A stretch of 62,922 nt of DNA, the filler included, from Dirinaria sp. TL-2023a (Eukaryota): the NCBI GenBank assembly GCA_051941275.1. It is 45 parts of 45 records of this genome, joined end to end, with 100 filler letters (N's around TTAATTAATTAA, not from the genome) between each part and the next. Parts side by side here need not be neighbours in the genome. Positions count along the whole stretch, not along the records: positions 1 to 1,325 come from JAVEBF010002801.1; positions 1,426 to 2,749 come from JAVEBF010002802.1; positions 2,850 to 4,172 come from JAVEBF010002803.1; positions 4,273 to 5,594 come from JAVEBF010002804.1; positions 5,695 to 7,015 come from JAVEBF010002805.1; positions 7,116 to 8,435 come from JAVEBF010002806.1; positions 8,536 to 9,854 come from JAVEBF010002807.1; positions 9,955 to 11,272 come from JAVEBF010002808.1; 37 more parts are not named here. One strand, written 5' to 3'. Position numbers and translations under genes: made by a program. The notes under the pieces are model-generated. The model saw only the letters and a program-made list of their open reading frames with translations, was not told the origin of the DNA and searched no databases. Positions 1 to 12,790 of the stretch are shown here, one piece after another (the first letter of the stretch is position 1; each line of letters opens with the position of its first letter).

Positions 1-65
1 TTCAATATTCGATCGTTCTTAATGAGCTTGAAATAGAAGACGTTAAAGATATTCAAACTCATTCT

Positions 66-197
66 TGTCAAAGACCCAATCTTGGTTAGATAGGTTTCCC
101 AATGGTAAAAGTCCCGGCAGCGCCAAAAGACTAACTAAACCAAGTCAAAGGACTTGGTGCCTATCTTACTACTTGGTTAGTTTCCAGGGTAGTAACA
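66..197 (-). mobile_element. Solo LTR, family A (TRIM-1 LTR)
   Basis: TG...CA ends (TGTCAAAGAC...GTAACA); TSD ATTCT at 61-65 and 198-202; near-identical to other copies. Confidence 0.93.
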
Positions 198-202
198 ATT
201 CT

Positions 203-1325
203 GAGATGATGATACTCATAATTAGTCTTCTCTTTCTTGTTCGATTCTTTATACACGTCTTTCAGAACTTCGAGGACCATGATGTAGATTTTAAAGTAAA
301 GCTTGTCGAGGATTCGATGAGTATTGATATAAGTTGCGACATCGTCCTCGACTCGCTGCATGACATAGGTCGCTTTTGCTACTTCGAAAGCGAAATGATC
401 TTTATTAAAAGTCAATTTGTCAATGATTTTATTGGATCAATCCTCGTATACTGAGTCCTTATTATCAGTAAAGATTGAGGGATCGAGCATCTTAGCAGAT
501 CGCTATACGTGTATTTGACTTTCAATCTGCGAAGATGCCGTCTTTTGCGATATCTGAGAAGGTTCGCGTTGCTGTCTCAGAGTGATCGTCTCGACATTCA
601 ATCGAGTTATTTCATCGTTCAATTGAGTGACTTCGTTATTCAAGCGAATATTCTCGTTCTTCGCTCGATCATAATCTCTTTGAAGTTTCGAGTAGTCGTT
701 CTTTAAGATAGCGAGCTCAGCACGAGCGCGAATATATCGATCTTGTATTTCAATGACATTGTTGATGGCTTTATCGCGATCTCGTATCAATTGATTTCAG
801 TTCTCAATACAATGAGGGGCAGTGTCGCGTTTTACTCGCTCGAGTTTCAGCATATTCAACACCTCCACTGAGCGTCAATTGACTCAATGCTTTAGCTGCT
901 CTATCGACTTGATTCGCTTCGACGTCTCAGTTTCTTCTGATTCATCAGGTGCTTTCTCGGGCACAATCGAAACGCGTCGATTCTCTGTCTTCTTCAAAAG
1001 GCGCTCGATGCGCTTCTCTGATAATAACTACCTATCCTCTTCTCTATCTTCCTCTTGGAATCTCTTATTACTGCTTCTAGCCATTGCTAGCACTAACACG
1101 CTTCTTGGGGTACCTCGCGAAGCGTCGAACGAGGGCAAAGGGGTAGATAGCAACGATGTTTAGACCGATTATCAGTAGGTAACACGATGGTTGCTGCAAT
1201 TGTTTTGGGACTCGTATAATTGCAAAACGAGATAAGGATAATGCTTTGTATAATGTTAAGATCGACGCAAGAATAAATTAATCTATGCAGGTATGAATAA
1301 CTAAGTACACAAAGCATGAAGAAGA
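203..1325 (-). mobile_element. Gypsy-type element 5' end: partial LTR-G (1254-1325), PBS, degraded gag
   Basis: LTR end TGTTAAG at 1254 resembles 12230-12308. Minus-strand coiled-coil ORF remnants (RRVSI...EQLKH*) resemble the gag at 25553-25789. Confidence 0.65.
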
Positions 1326-1425
1326 NNNNNNNNNNNNNNNNNNNNNNNNNNNNNNNNNNNNNNNNNNNNTTAATTAATTAANNNNNNNNNNNNNNNNNNN
1401 NNNNNNNNNNNNNNNNNNNNNNNNN

Positions 1426-1925
1426 GAATTTATCGACGATATCAACATACTAATTTATAGCGAGTCGACGAAACGCAACTGTCATGTGTTGAAGAAGATA
1501 TATGACAAGTGCAAACAATGAGCACAGAGACACGACTCGAAATTTTCGAAAGGAAAACACAAACTGATTCATTTCTCGAGAACTTTCAAAAAATTCAATA
1601 TAAGCGTCAGCATCAAATTAAATGAAAACGAGATGAAAATCAAATTCGACATCAGAGTGTTTGAAATGCAGCTGAACTCAAAACTGCGATGAAAATCACA
1701 TCTGCGTGGGATTGAGACGAAACTCGTCGTGAGACACAAAATCACACAGATAATTATCGACTTCACATGAGATTCGACAATGACAGCAAGTAAACGTATA
1801 TACTTCGCAGTATCGTGCTCAGCGATCAGTCACGAAGCAGTCGTCTGATACACGTCGACGAATATCAAAGATCATAGAAAGACGATCGATGCGAAGCTCC
1901 GCTCTATACAAGATAGAGAGCTTCG
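1426..1925 (+). mobile_element. Degraded LINE (Tad1-like) reverse transcriptase fragment
   Basis: EFIDDINIL...KQ*AQRHDSKFS..KHKLIHF...QLNSKLR*KSH matches RT motifs 5-7, with TGA at Trp positions. Confidence 0.8.
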
Positions 1926-2334
1926 TGTTACGATCCGAGTTCGACACCCTAGGGTTGGTAGAGGGTTAGAAAGCGTTCAGTGAACCTTGACGATCTTGAC
2001 GTCAAGAAACTAGTGCAAAATGCTCATGTGATCAGGGTGCTCAGTGTGCTTAGTGTCACTGAGCAAACTGAGCAACTGAGCAGAACTGAGCAAAAGAATT
2101 TTGACAGTTCTGATATCGTGTATATAGATCTTCAACACGACATTTTTTTAGCATCGTGTTCAACATGTTTGCAATAGCTATTTACTGCTCAGAGTAATTT
2201 GTATCTTGTTGTGATATTGTCATATCATCTCAAAGACATTCGTTGTTTCTTGACAAATCTCTTCAACAGATCAAACTTTAGCATCTTTTCTGTTTAGAAT
2301 CTAACTCTAGATATTAAATTGATAGAACGCAACA
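1926..2334 (+). mobile_element. LTR family C (probable 5' LTR), followed by internal region
   Basis: TGTTACG...GCAACA ends; TATA plus AACACGA/TCGTGTT hairpin shared with 37352-37809, 38450-38670 and 49408-50016. Confidence 0.8.
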
Positions 2335-2849
2335 ACATTGAACATCTTTAGAATGTTTATCTTAAAACAACGTAACTCTGTTTCAAGCATCACTGACTCG
2401 ATAACGTCTCGCATTCAGACAACTCATCAAGACAACAACGATGACAAAATTAGAATCAATCAATCTGATATCTACAAAAGCGAGCGCGAAAGTCTCGACG
2501 ACTGATTTATGCAGATGAAACTGTATTTTGTGTTTCATCTCGTGACAGAAAATCAGAAAACGATTTTCGCATCGATCTTTCTTCGAGAGAGAGCTCAGCA
2601 TTGATTTAAATTTAAGCTACGAACACGACTCGACAATGAAGAAAATACGAACGACAGAATCTTCGCTTCTTTTAACAACTTCAAGACAGCGATTCGAAGA
2701 ATCTTTGATATTTTTAGTGAGAAAATCATCGTCGAACGAGTAATACAGCNNNNNNNNNNNNNNNNNNNNNNNNNNNNNNNNNNNNNNNNNNNNTTAATTA
2801 ATTAANNNNNNNNNNNNNNNNNNNNNNNNNNNNNNNNNNNNNNNNNNNN

Positions 2850-3800
2850 CAATGTATTCAAACGGGATGAAGTGGAAAAGAAGGGAATCACGGGCAGCGA
2901 AGTCCCGATCCCCTGCCGCATTCTACGCCTAGACGTTAGGTTCAAGCAAAATTTCGTTCTGCGAGCTGTTTTGATTTTTGAACATCGAAATCTCGACTTC
3001 ACGACCCAAATCCTCAGAACTCATGTGCAAGATGTTCTGATAATCCAGGTAAGCTGCTATGGGGTCTGCTTCTCCATGCTATTGCTGAAGAATAAGACCG
3101 GAGGATATCCCTCGCTAGGTGTTAGAGAATTCCTCAAACTCCTCTGCAAACATCGCGCCATGCAAGACGTCCCAATCCTATACTTCTCGGACCACGATAT
3201 TTACGGATTCGACATATATCACGTTTTAAAATTCGGATCCAGAGCCACGTCCTGGGCGTCCCCAACATTAATATGTCCCCGGTTGAGGTGGGCAGGTCCT
3301 ACCACAGAGACGCTGTTGGATACTGTGAGGACCACTGCCCTCACTAGAGCTAATGAGCCCCAATGGGCGGCATCAATGACGGCCAAGCTGCGTAATAGAA
3401 TGGCCAAGAAGGGTTTGACGACGGAAGGGCGAGTAAGACATCAGAACATGGTGAAGTCTGGGGTCCTTGAGGTGTCTGGAGAAGAAGAGGTAAGACGGGA
3501 GATCACGCGCATGGTGTATCAGAACGAGGTGAGTGTTTCAAGCTTTCGAAGGATAGCTCTAACAAGTCGTAGCAATTTTCGTTTCTAGATTTTACCTTGG
3601 TCCGTAGCCATGGGGCAGAACTGTACCCATTGGAGAGACTCGAACAGCTCGTCCAGCGAACAAGCATTGACCCAATCGTCAATACGGAACCGGCGATATC
3701 TCAGCGCACAAGGGATTTTGACCAGGCGGAACCGGAGTCAACTCCGGAACTCGCAACTCGCAATCTCGAAGCAGCGCTTGCTCTAGAAATGCCCCTGTAA
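2850..3800 (+). CDS. Divergent Spo11/Topo VI subunit A-like protein, TOPRIM domain, 5'-partial (exons 2850-3048, 3097-3528, 3573-3800)
   Basis: After removing two GT-AG introns: AVLIFEH...VLIIQTGGYPSLGVREFL...ILYFSDHDIYGFDIYHVLKFGS...CPRLRWAG. This follows the order of Spo11 motifs VEK, TGKGYP, DxD.G..I...YKYGS and P.L.WLG. Confidence 0.8.
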
Positions 3801-3955
3801 TACACTGGAGTGCAAAATTAAAGATTAGAATAGTAAACAAAAACGAATTGCTTTCGAAACTTCCCCCTTAAAAATCTCTGACCCTAGTGTCCGGCAGAAG
3901 GGGGCCCGATTCCGCCCGGGACGTTTTTTCATTGGGTCGGGTGCTTAGTCATTTC

Positions 3956-4171
3956 TGTTAGGACCGGTGCAGAGCAAGTCAATGCAGGTATAGTTAACTA
4001 AGGATATTATCACTAAGGAAGGAAGAAGGAAAACTAGATACAATAGGGGGTCCCAGGTATATATGCGTGTGTGCGGGTGTCGGGTAAACACCGCGATCGG
4101 GTTAGCGCATTACCCCTGAGAACCCTGGGAGGTGTTGCCCCAGGTAGTATACCAGGTGCATGCTCGTAACA
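3956..4171 (-). mobile_element. LTR family B, little mutated
   Basis: TGTTAGGACCGG...CTCGTAACA; same family at 26329, 45508, 50017 and 53494. Confidence 0.9.
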
Positions 4172-4272
4172 ANNNNNNNNNNNNNNNNNNNNNNNNNNNN
4201 NNNNNNNNNNNNNNNNTTAATTAATTAANNNNNNNNNNNNNNNNNNNNNNNNNNNNNNNNNNNNNNNNNNNN

Positions 4273-5594
4273 GACATATCTAGTCTCGACATCACTCAAT
4301 CGAAAAGAAATGAACATGAGAATTCTTTCATTGAGTAGAAATTTAGATGTTGCTTCAATTTCTGATTCAGTATTCTTTAATTGAAACAGACACTCTTCAA
4401 CTGTTTTCTCATTAGCATTCATCGCTAAATAATATTGCAGATTGAGATTTGAGTCACTCATGACATTCGTGATGATTGCTTGTTTCACTGTTTCGAAAAA
4501 AGTCTGCTGCTCTGATTCTCAATCAAAGATATTCTTTTTCACATAATGTCTTTGAACGAAGAGCTTGAGCTGAGTTCTCTTTTTCTTGACACTTTTGATT
4601 AGATCTTGATCACAATGCTCTATTTCGTCGTCATGAGATTTTTTTGATTTAGTTTTCATTGAAATCAGTTTCAAGTAGACCTTTTTCATTATTAGAACAT
4701 GGGCTGCTCTTTCGAGAATAAAAATTCGAAAAAACGAAGTCAATCACAGAAAGACATCGAGTTTCGCTCGATTCGTTGACACTGATCAATTTTCGATCTT
4801 CTGACGATGTTTCAAAAAAGAACGCAAGTCATTGAGATTTTTTTGAAATCTCAACATCTCTAAACTATTTGAAAAAACATGCGTTTTAGCATCTGATAAA
4901 TAAATCGACTCAAAAGCAACTCTTGAGAAATAACTTTCGTGTAAAAAGATGAACATTGCTTCAAAATCCCGTGCTGAAGCAGAATGATCGTTCATGTAAA
5001 TCTGAAATGCATGATTTTCGAAACGCTCAAATAATGTTGACATCTTCTCAATGCTCTCGATGTTGTTTGACAAAAGATCAAAAATAAGATCATCAAATTG
5101 AGAATACGTGTGCGATGCTCTTTTGAGTTTCTGTCTCATTCTCAGATAGACTCATTGATCATTTGAAATAAGAAAGTCTGTTTTGTTTTGATCTGAGAAT
5201 TTCATTGATATTGCTCAGTAAAAATTGAAGGCATTCGTCATGAAATAAACATCAAAGTCTGAAGCAATCAGAATGATGATTACTTTTTTCAGATGATATA
5301 CAGAGTAGATCGACTTGATAATGTATTTATTTATCGATATGAAATCGTGAATCACTCGAAGCAGAGACGAATCTTTCTTCTTTGATGAAAACTTAGTTCG
5401 ATGTTCTCAAGAGCTGTTTTTTCGTGCTATTATGTCGACTTCTTTCAGCTCTGAAAAAATGCGATTGACAAATTCTCTCTCTATCATAGTGTATTTGAGC
5501 AAGAAGTTAATGATCGATCTCGCATTTGATTTCAAATCAATAAAATATTCTATCAAATCTGTTGCTTTAATATTTCTAATACGAAGAGCGAAGC
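4273..5594 (-). mobile_element. Degraded Gypsy pol (RT-RNase H)
   Basis: Minus strand: RMRQKLKRASHTYSQF, IYMNDH (YxDD), SFRLSDVETRY; many stops. Confidence 0.8.
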
Positions 5595-5694
5595 NNNNNN
5601 NNNNNNNNNNNNNNNNNNNNNNNNNNNNNNNNNNNNNNTTAATTAATTAANNNNNNNNNNNNNNNNNNNNNNNNNNNNNNNNNNNNNNNNNNNN

Positions 5695-7015
5695 TTTTAC
5701 ATATGTGTATAACGAAAATAGTATTCAATATTTCAGAATCGACCAACTCAGTAGCAATAAAAAAATCAACGAATTCAGTCGCGATGAACAGTGAAGCGAA
5801 AAATGAACATGATAATGTAATCGTAATTTATCTCATCTGATCTGATATCTCTCATATTTTAACAATTTATGTAGTATTGCATTCTATACATTTAATTATT
5901 CAATTTAAAATAACATCGAACAGATCACGTTTAAGCTCGTCTGATTCGTTATAAATTAAAAATATTAAATCTCTCTCTCAGCGTCGACGTCATATTTTTA
6001 TCGAAAATGTTTTTTTTTTCACTCTCGTCGTTTCACTTGTCTCTGTCGTCTCTGTCGATCATGTCGTCTCTGTCGATTCTGTCGTTTCTGTCGTTTCTGT
6101 TGATTCTCTCGAGTCTTTCGATTAAGTACGATTTAAATCGTGCAATCTCATCGCGCGTGTGTTGACAATGTTTAGCGAGTAAATGACTGCGTTCATTTTT
6201 TAAATGTCGTAACTAGATGAAATATAGCATCACGAACATCTTTGACTCTGAGATCGTGAAAATCATCGTCAGCTCTCATGCGTTTCGACACGCTCGTACA
6301 TTTAAGTTTTTGACATCGAAGTTTTTTTTCGTCGTCTCTCAATCATCCTCGAATGAGAAAAAGAATTTGAAAAATAAATTGAGAAAGATGAAAAAGAAAA
6401 ATGACGAGCTGAAGACGAAATTGACGCAGACGAAAACGAAAAAAAAAATGAAGAAAAACATACACAGATTGAGATCGAAGCTGTCTCAATAAGAGCAAGA
6501 TGATGTTATGCTGAGTGAGAAACTTGATCTTTCAGAAAATGAATTATTTGTCGATTCAATTTTCGATTTCGCTGCTCTCAGCGATCTCTCTGTCATCTTT
6601 TCTTCTACGCAGAAATGAGAGACTAAGACTCAAAAGATTGTGAGATATTTCTGTGATGTTTATTCTACGAATTATTATGTCGTAGATACTTACAGTATTT
6701 AATTATCTTAGTCATTGTCGTCAGTTTTTCTCATTCAGTTAGAGATCATCATCTGTGTTTGTTGCAGAAAAATAAATAATACATTCGTGATTCTGATTTC
6801 GTTTTTAAAATCAATAAATTCAAGAAATAAAATTTTTAAAGTTGATAAATATTTTCAATCTCGATCTCACGATTTAATCAAGATTGATCAATGATTTGTT
6901 AGTCGTTGATTAATCATTGATATATTTTAAAATTTGCACAATTGCAATTTATTCGTTTGCTCACGCAATTGTCAAAAAATAACGTCGAGAACTCTTAAAT
7001 GAGATGACACTATTT
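5695..7015. mobile_element. Heavily mutated AT-rich repeat, family unassigned
   Basis: Almost no CC/GG dinucleotides; coiled-coil ORF remnant 6217-6492; 9-bp tandem units around 6035-6110. Confidence 0.5.
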
Positions 7016-7115
7016 NNNNNNNNNNNNNNNNNNNNNNNNNNNNNNNNNNNNNNNNNNNNTTAATTAATTAANNNNNNNNNNNNNNNNNNNNNNNNNNNNN
7101 NNNNNNNNNNNNNNN

Positions 7116-7954
7116 AGTGCATTTGCGACTTATTTGAAACTCGTTAAAAACCTCTCAACTCTGTAGAAATGAGAAAGAAAAAGAGTTCTCTGACGCATTC
7201 TAATACGGCGCTCTCTTTCAGTCGATGAATCTCAAAAACTCATAAAGACAAAAATAAACATCTGTCAGATAAATAATTTCGAATAATGTTTGTAAACATA
7301 TCTTCGTCGCGTGAGAAAAATCTTCATGACGTTGATATCGTGTAGATTTGTATTGTAGATAAACAAACTCATCTCGTAGTCATGATGAATAAAATCAGCG
7401 CGCATCGACGCTAAGACGATTAGTGAATAAACAATCATTATATATGTGTTTATTTTTCTGTTTCTTCTTTTTCTTCTTTTCTTTTCTTTTTACTCTGTTC
7501 TCAAAGGAGAACGCTGTTAATAGATCTAATATCAGTGCTTGAAGAGAAGTACTTATCAAAATGCTTTGAGAACAGAGTAAAAAGAAAAGAAAAGAAGAAG
7601 AAGAAGAAACAGAAAAATAAATACATATATGATGATTGTTTATTCACTAGTCGTTTTAGCGTCGATGCGCGCTGATTTTATTCATCATGACTACAAGATG
7701 AGTTTGTTTATTTACAATACAAATTTACACGATATCAACGTCATGAAGATCTTTCTCACGCGACGAAGATATGTTTACAAACATTATTCGAAATTATTTA
7801 TTTGACAGATGTCTATTTTTGTCTTTATGAGTTTTTGAGATTCATCGACTGAAAGAGAACGTCGTATTAGAATGCGTCAGAGAACTCTTTTTCTCTCTCA
7901 TTTTTACAGAATTGAGAGATTTTTAATGAGCTTCAAATAAGTCGCAAATGCACT
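7116..7954. repeat. Long inverted repeat (391-bp arms, 57-bp spacer) of the family D 3' internal region
   Basis: 7116-7506 is the reverse complement of 7564-7954 apart from scattered changes, mostly transitions. Confidence 0.95.
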
Positions 7955-7983
7955 GAAGATCAGTGCTCAGAAGAGAGAACAAA

Positions 7984-8395
7984 TATAACAGTGATATCTG
8001 ATACATTGATATATATTGATCAATGCAGACTAGCGCCGCTTGACAGTCGAAGATGCTCAGAGACAATTCTTCGAGATCTGAAGCATGACTAGCGCCGTCT
8101 AGAAGTCAGCGTCGAAAGATTGAATCTCGAGACTGACTAGAAGTCAGTGAGCAGTTGACGCTTATAGAGTATTGTGTCTACGAGCGCTCGTGACTCGTCA
8201 GCGCGAGGCTCGTCACGGTGAGGCAATGTTAACGCTCGCGGTTAAATATAGAGGATCACTCATCTTTTCGAAGAGGGTCCTTAGTGATTAGTTCTAGCAG
8301 GAACTACAGTATCAGGTAGTCATATAATCTATTACACTGTCACGTCTTTTACACAAGTACTGCGTCGACGGGTAATCGACGCATACGAACTTACA
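7984..8395 (+). mobile_element. LTR family D (3' LTR)
   Basis: Purine tract AGAAGAGAGAACAAA precedes TATAACA (mutated TGTAACA); ends CTTACA; matches 28615, 45199 and 62457. Confidence 0.9.
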
Positions 8396-8535
8396 CGAGC
8401 TTTTTGTAATAATCGACAAAGAAATTGAATCATGCNNNNNNNNNNNNNNNNNNNNNNNNNNNNNNNNNNNNNNNNNNNNTTAATTAATTAANNNNNNNNN
8501 NNNNNNNNNNNNNNNNNNNNNNNNNNNNNNNNNNN

Positions 8536-9805
8536 GAGTATGATGAATTCCGTGGACCTTGGTGACACAGATGGATCAACAACGTCCGGGGGAAGATTCC
8601 CGCAAGGGCAATCCTCACCTGGAGCACTTGACGGCGCAAGGAGACAGACCCAACCCAGCGTCAGCATAGAACAAGCCGCTCGACCCAGCTTCGATATCAC
8701 AGTGGGTGATCCACATAAAGTGGGAGATTTGACTAGTAGCCACATTGTCTACCAAGTGCGAACAAAGGTGGGTCAACATCGCCTTTACATTGTACCGGCT
8801 AGCTTACTCGCAGGTATTTAGACCTCATCGAAAGCCTACAGGCAGCCCGAATTCGCTGTCAGCCGCCGCTACCGTGACTTCCTCTGGCTCTACAATACGC
8901 TTCACAACAACAATCCCGGCGTCGTCGTCCCCCCACCTCCTGAGAAACAAGCGGTTGGTCGCTTTGACAGCAATTTTGTCGAGTCGCGACGCTCAGCGCT
9001 TGAGAGAATGCTTAACAAAACTGCATCTCACCCTATCCTCCAACATGATGGAGACCTCAAGCTCTTCCTAGAAAGTGACGCCTTCAACATGGACGTAAAA
9101 CATCGGGAACATAAAGAGCCCGGCCTCGGTGAGAGTAAAGGAATGTTTAGTGCTATAGGACTAGGGGGCAGCGGCGGTGGCAAATTCATCGAACACGACG
9201 ATTGGTTCCACGACCGTAGAGTCTACCTGGAAGCGCTTGAAAACCAGCTGAAAGCCCTGCTTAAAGCCATCGACACCGTTGTCACGCAGAGGAAAGCTCT
9301 TGCTGAAGCAGCCGGTGACTTCTCCGCCTCACTCCATGCCCTCTCCACTGTCGAGTTATCCATCTCCCTTTCCACCCCCCTCGAAAGTCTATCAGATCTG
9401 CAACTCCGTATTCGTGAACTCTACGAAAGGCAAGCACAACAAGACGTACTAACGCTGGGCATTACGGTCGACGAATACATCCGTTTAATCGGATCAATAA
9501 AGACGGCGTTCGCGCAACGGCAGAAGTCGTTCCACGCGTGGCACAGCGCCGAATCAGAGCTGCAGAAGCGGAGGACTACGCAAGAGAAAGTGCTCCGGTC
9601 GGGCAAGACGCAGCAGGATCGATTGAATCAACTGCAGGCCGATGTCGGGGAAGGGGAGCGGCGCAGCCATCAAGCGCGCTTGCTGTTCGAGGACATGGGT
9701 CGGCTGATGAGGGCCGAGCTGGAGCGGTTCGAAAGGGAGAAAGTCGAGGACTTCAAGAGTGGCGTCGAAACGTTTTTGGAGGGCGCCATCGAGGCACAGA
9801 AAGAG
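8536..9805 (+). CDS. VPS5: Retromer sorting nexin Vps5/SNX1 (PX-BAR), partial; intron 8768-8821
   Basis: ITVGDPHKVGDLTSSHIVYQVRTK, RRYRDFLWL, PPPPEKQAVGRF, and BAR region ending ELERFEREKVEDFK; next intron GTATGC at 9806. Confidence 0.93.
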
Positions 9806-9954
9806 GTATGCCTCCCATACACACACATATACATATATATATCCACCCCATCCCNNNNNNNNNNNNNNNNNNNNNNNNNNNNNNNNNNNNNNNNNNNNTT
9901 AATTAATTAANNNNNNNNNNNNNNNNNNNNNNNNNNNNNNNNNNNNNNNNNNNN

Positions 9955-11272
9955 CGTACTCGATTTGCTTGATTTGAGCTCATCGAAACTGATCTTGAAG
10001 AAACTCTCGAAATTCGAAGAGTTTTTCAGCGTACACGTCGACACGACGCATCTGTTTTCGAATCAACGATGTTGCGTTTTCTGAGAACGATGTAATTGAT
10101 TCGAGATTCGATTTTGAGAAATAGTCTTTGATAGCAGGAAACGAAACAACACTCGTGAATTCACTCTGATGACTGTTGATCTCAAACTCGACGATGACGA
10201 GATGATCGACTCAATTGTTTTGCGTATGATTGACATAGACTCGAAGATATTATTTAAGAACAGCGTTGACATTTTCGATCTGTTTATCAGTCTTCGAATG
10301 AAACGCTGTTGAAAGTTTGAGAGTCGTTCTCAGACGTGCACACAGACGACGTCAAAAATGAGCGATAAATTAACGTTCGCGATTCGAGATAATTGAGATA
10401 AAATAATTTTTCTCGCGTTAGACAAAATCAATAAAGACTTGAACTACTGACTCAACTTTCAAAAAATTCAGCGAAATGAACTTTTTTTTCTTTGAGAGTC
10501 TGTCAATCACAATCATGATATGTTGAAATCATTTTTCGTGACGTTCACAAATTGACAAAATAGTAACAAAGTCGCAGAAAATACTTCGTCAATAACGATC
10601 TGAAATTGATAATGATTTCAATAACTCGTGTTTAATTTTTCGATATGTTTTGATGCGACGACAGATGTGACAAATCTTAACATATTATTTCACGAATTTG
10701 ATCATGTTCGATTAATAATAGTGTGAATGCAGTAATTGATATGTATTTTCGCGTTCTGAATGTCTCGCGAAAAAAGAATCATACATTTGTTTAATGATCG
10801 TTGTGTATAAACTTTTCTTGTTTGAGACGTATAATCGTTTCTAATAATAGAGCATATCGTTGCGAATCTCACAATCTGATAATTGTAACTTGTATTCGAT
10901 TTGTCGCAAATCATGAGAAATTTTGCGAGTTTCTGAGATTTTGATTTTCATAATTCGTTGCAGATCATCGTTTTTTTTGTAAATTCTGCGAATTTTCTAT
11001 TTCAATTCGATTGTCGTGAGAATGTTCTCGAGTATCTCATTGTTCGAGTTTGTCGTTTGCTCAGACTGAGCATCGACTAAATCATTGTCAACTAAAACTC
11101 AAATGTTCTCGTTCGCGATGACGACGTCGTAAATCATCGATGTTAATTGAGTGACGATGCTAAAACTGTTCTCGAGCATGACGTAAACTAGATCGAGAGT
11201 TTTTGTCATCTCTGACTTCAGATTAGTTTTTTTAAGAATCGTTTTGTTTTGAAATTGACGTCTTGAATCATT
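9955..11272 (-). mobile_element. Degraded Gypsy integrase region
   Basis: IVIDRLSK and STAFHSKTDKQIENVNAVLK*YLRVYVN, a mutated HPQTDGQTERVN motif. Confidence 0.8.
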
Positions 11273-11662
11273 NNNNNNNNNNNNNNNNNNNNNNNNNNNN
11301 NNNNNNNNNNNNNNNNTTAATTAATTAANNNNNNNNNNNNNNNNNNNNNNNNNNNNNNNNNNNNNNNNNNNNCCTATAAATATGGTCCTGGTCCTATGAC
11401 TATAGTCCTTAGTGCCATAATACCCATGATACCATAACAGTCATCGTGTGTCTGTTGATAAATATGATTGATGATAACAAGCCTCTTCGAGTAAAACTCG
11501 CGATCTCTATCTATTTAACCTTGACGTCAGTTGACACCATGCTCGTCATTGAATGAAGCAATTGAAACTCTGAACCGGTGCCAAAATGCTAGTACCCAAA
11601 GTGCTAGTACCAAGCATGTGAAGAATCATAACAGAACTCGTTGCAATACGCTCGTTTAACTC

Positions 11663-11793
11663 TGTTACGACCCTGGAAACACCTAAGTAGTAAGATAGAC
11701 ACCAAGTCCTTTGACTTGGTTTAGTTAGTCTTTTGGCGCTGCCGTGACTTTTATCATTGGGAAACCTATCTAACCAAGGTTGGGTCTTTGACA
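11663..11793 (+). mobile_element. Solo LTR, family A
   Basis: TGTTACG...TTTGACA with TSD AACTC on both sides. Confidence 0.93.
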
Positions 11794-12061
11794 AACTCTA
11801 CAATGTTTGCATGCATCATTTTGTCGTGCGATCGCTGTTTGCTCGCGCACGCGATCGCAGAGTCAGAGAACAAATATCGTGGAATCAGACTTCAGAAACG
11901 AGAGTGACTCAGCACCTGATCCAATGGAAAAATCTCTCGAGCGGAATCGGATTCTTTTTTGTCTAACACTATAATTAGTCAGCGACTGACATTCGTAACT
12001 CATATTTCACTCTATCGAATTAGGTTTAGGATTCTCGAGTGTTTCTAAAAAAATCTAAAAA

Positions 12062-12690
12062 TGTTACGAGCATGTTCTCACTGTTATTACCCGATTCATT
12101 TTCTACAAGATTTTTGTATGTGGTGTTGTGTTTTGACCTGATCGGGGATAGCGCATCCGAGGTGATCGGGTCGGGCGATCAGGATTCATCAACACCATCA
12201 ACATTCACACATCTATAAATACCTACTTTCTGTACTTAGATTTCTTTTCTTTCTTCATGCTTTGTGTATTTAGTTGATAGCACCTGCATAGATCATATCT
12301 TCTGCACCTGTTACGAATTTTCCTGGGTTCCTTTCATTTCTTCCTTATGCTTCCGACAGGACTAGCATTTTGGTGACTAGCCTTTTGGTGACTAGCATCC
12401 TGGGGACTAGTTTTTATGCTTTGCACCTTGCATCTAGCGGATATCGTAATAGTTGCTCTTTTCACATGCGCCCCGGGTCATAGCGGCATGCTTTGACGAC
12501 TTGCACCTGAGCAAGGGGACCACCATGGGATATTTAGCAGGCGGTTGCAGCTAGGTTTTCCAGGGCATCACCATTTTACTATAGAATTGTAAGGTCGTAT
12601 GCGTCGATTATCCGCCGACGCAGTACTTGTGTGAAAGACGTGGCAGTGTAATAGATTATATGACTACCTGATACTGTAGTTTCTGCTAGA
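12062..12690. mobile_element. Nested LTR fragments: LTR-G (from 12062), an LTR with 15-bp tandem repeats (from ~12309), LTR-D (from 12588)
   Basis: Three successive TGT starts; GACTAG-initiated 15-bp unit x4 at ~12360-12415; similarity to other copies. Confidence 0.7.
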
Positions 12691-12790
12691 NNNNNNNNNN
12701 NNNNNNNNNNNNNNNNNNNNNNNNNNNNNNNNNNTTAATTAATTAANNNNNNNNNNNNNNNNNNNNNNNNNNNNNNNNNNNNNNNNNNNN

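Noticed and set aside
65..454. Recurring ORF MSKTQ(P/S)WLDRFPNGK... (also 11546-11794 and 49626-49820) as a peptide gene family
   Set aside because: It is the antisense translation of LTR-A; the start codons come from flanks and the downstream parts are unrelated.
1326..1425. Regularly spaced TTAATTAATTAA as a CRISPR-like or biological repeat
   Set aside because: Always embedded in N runs; it is an artificial contig linker. ORFs running into X...LIN are artefacts.
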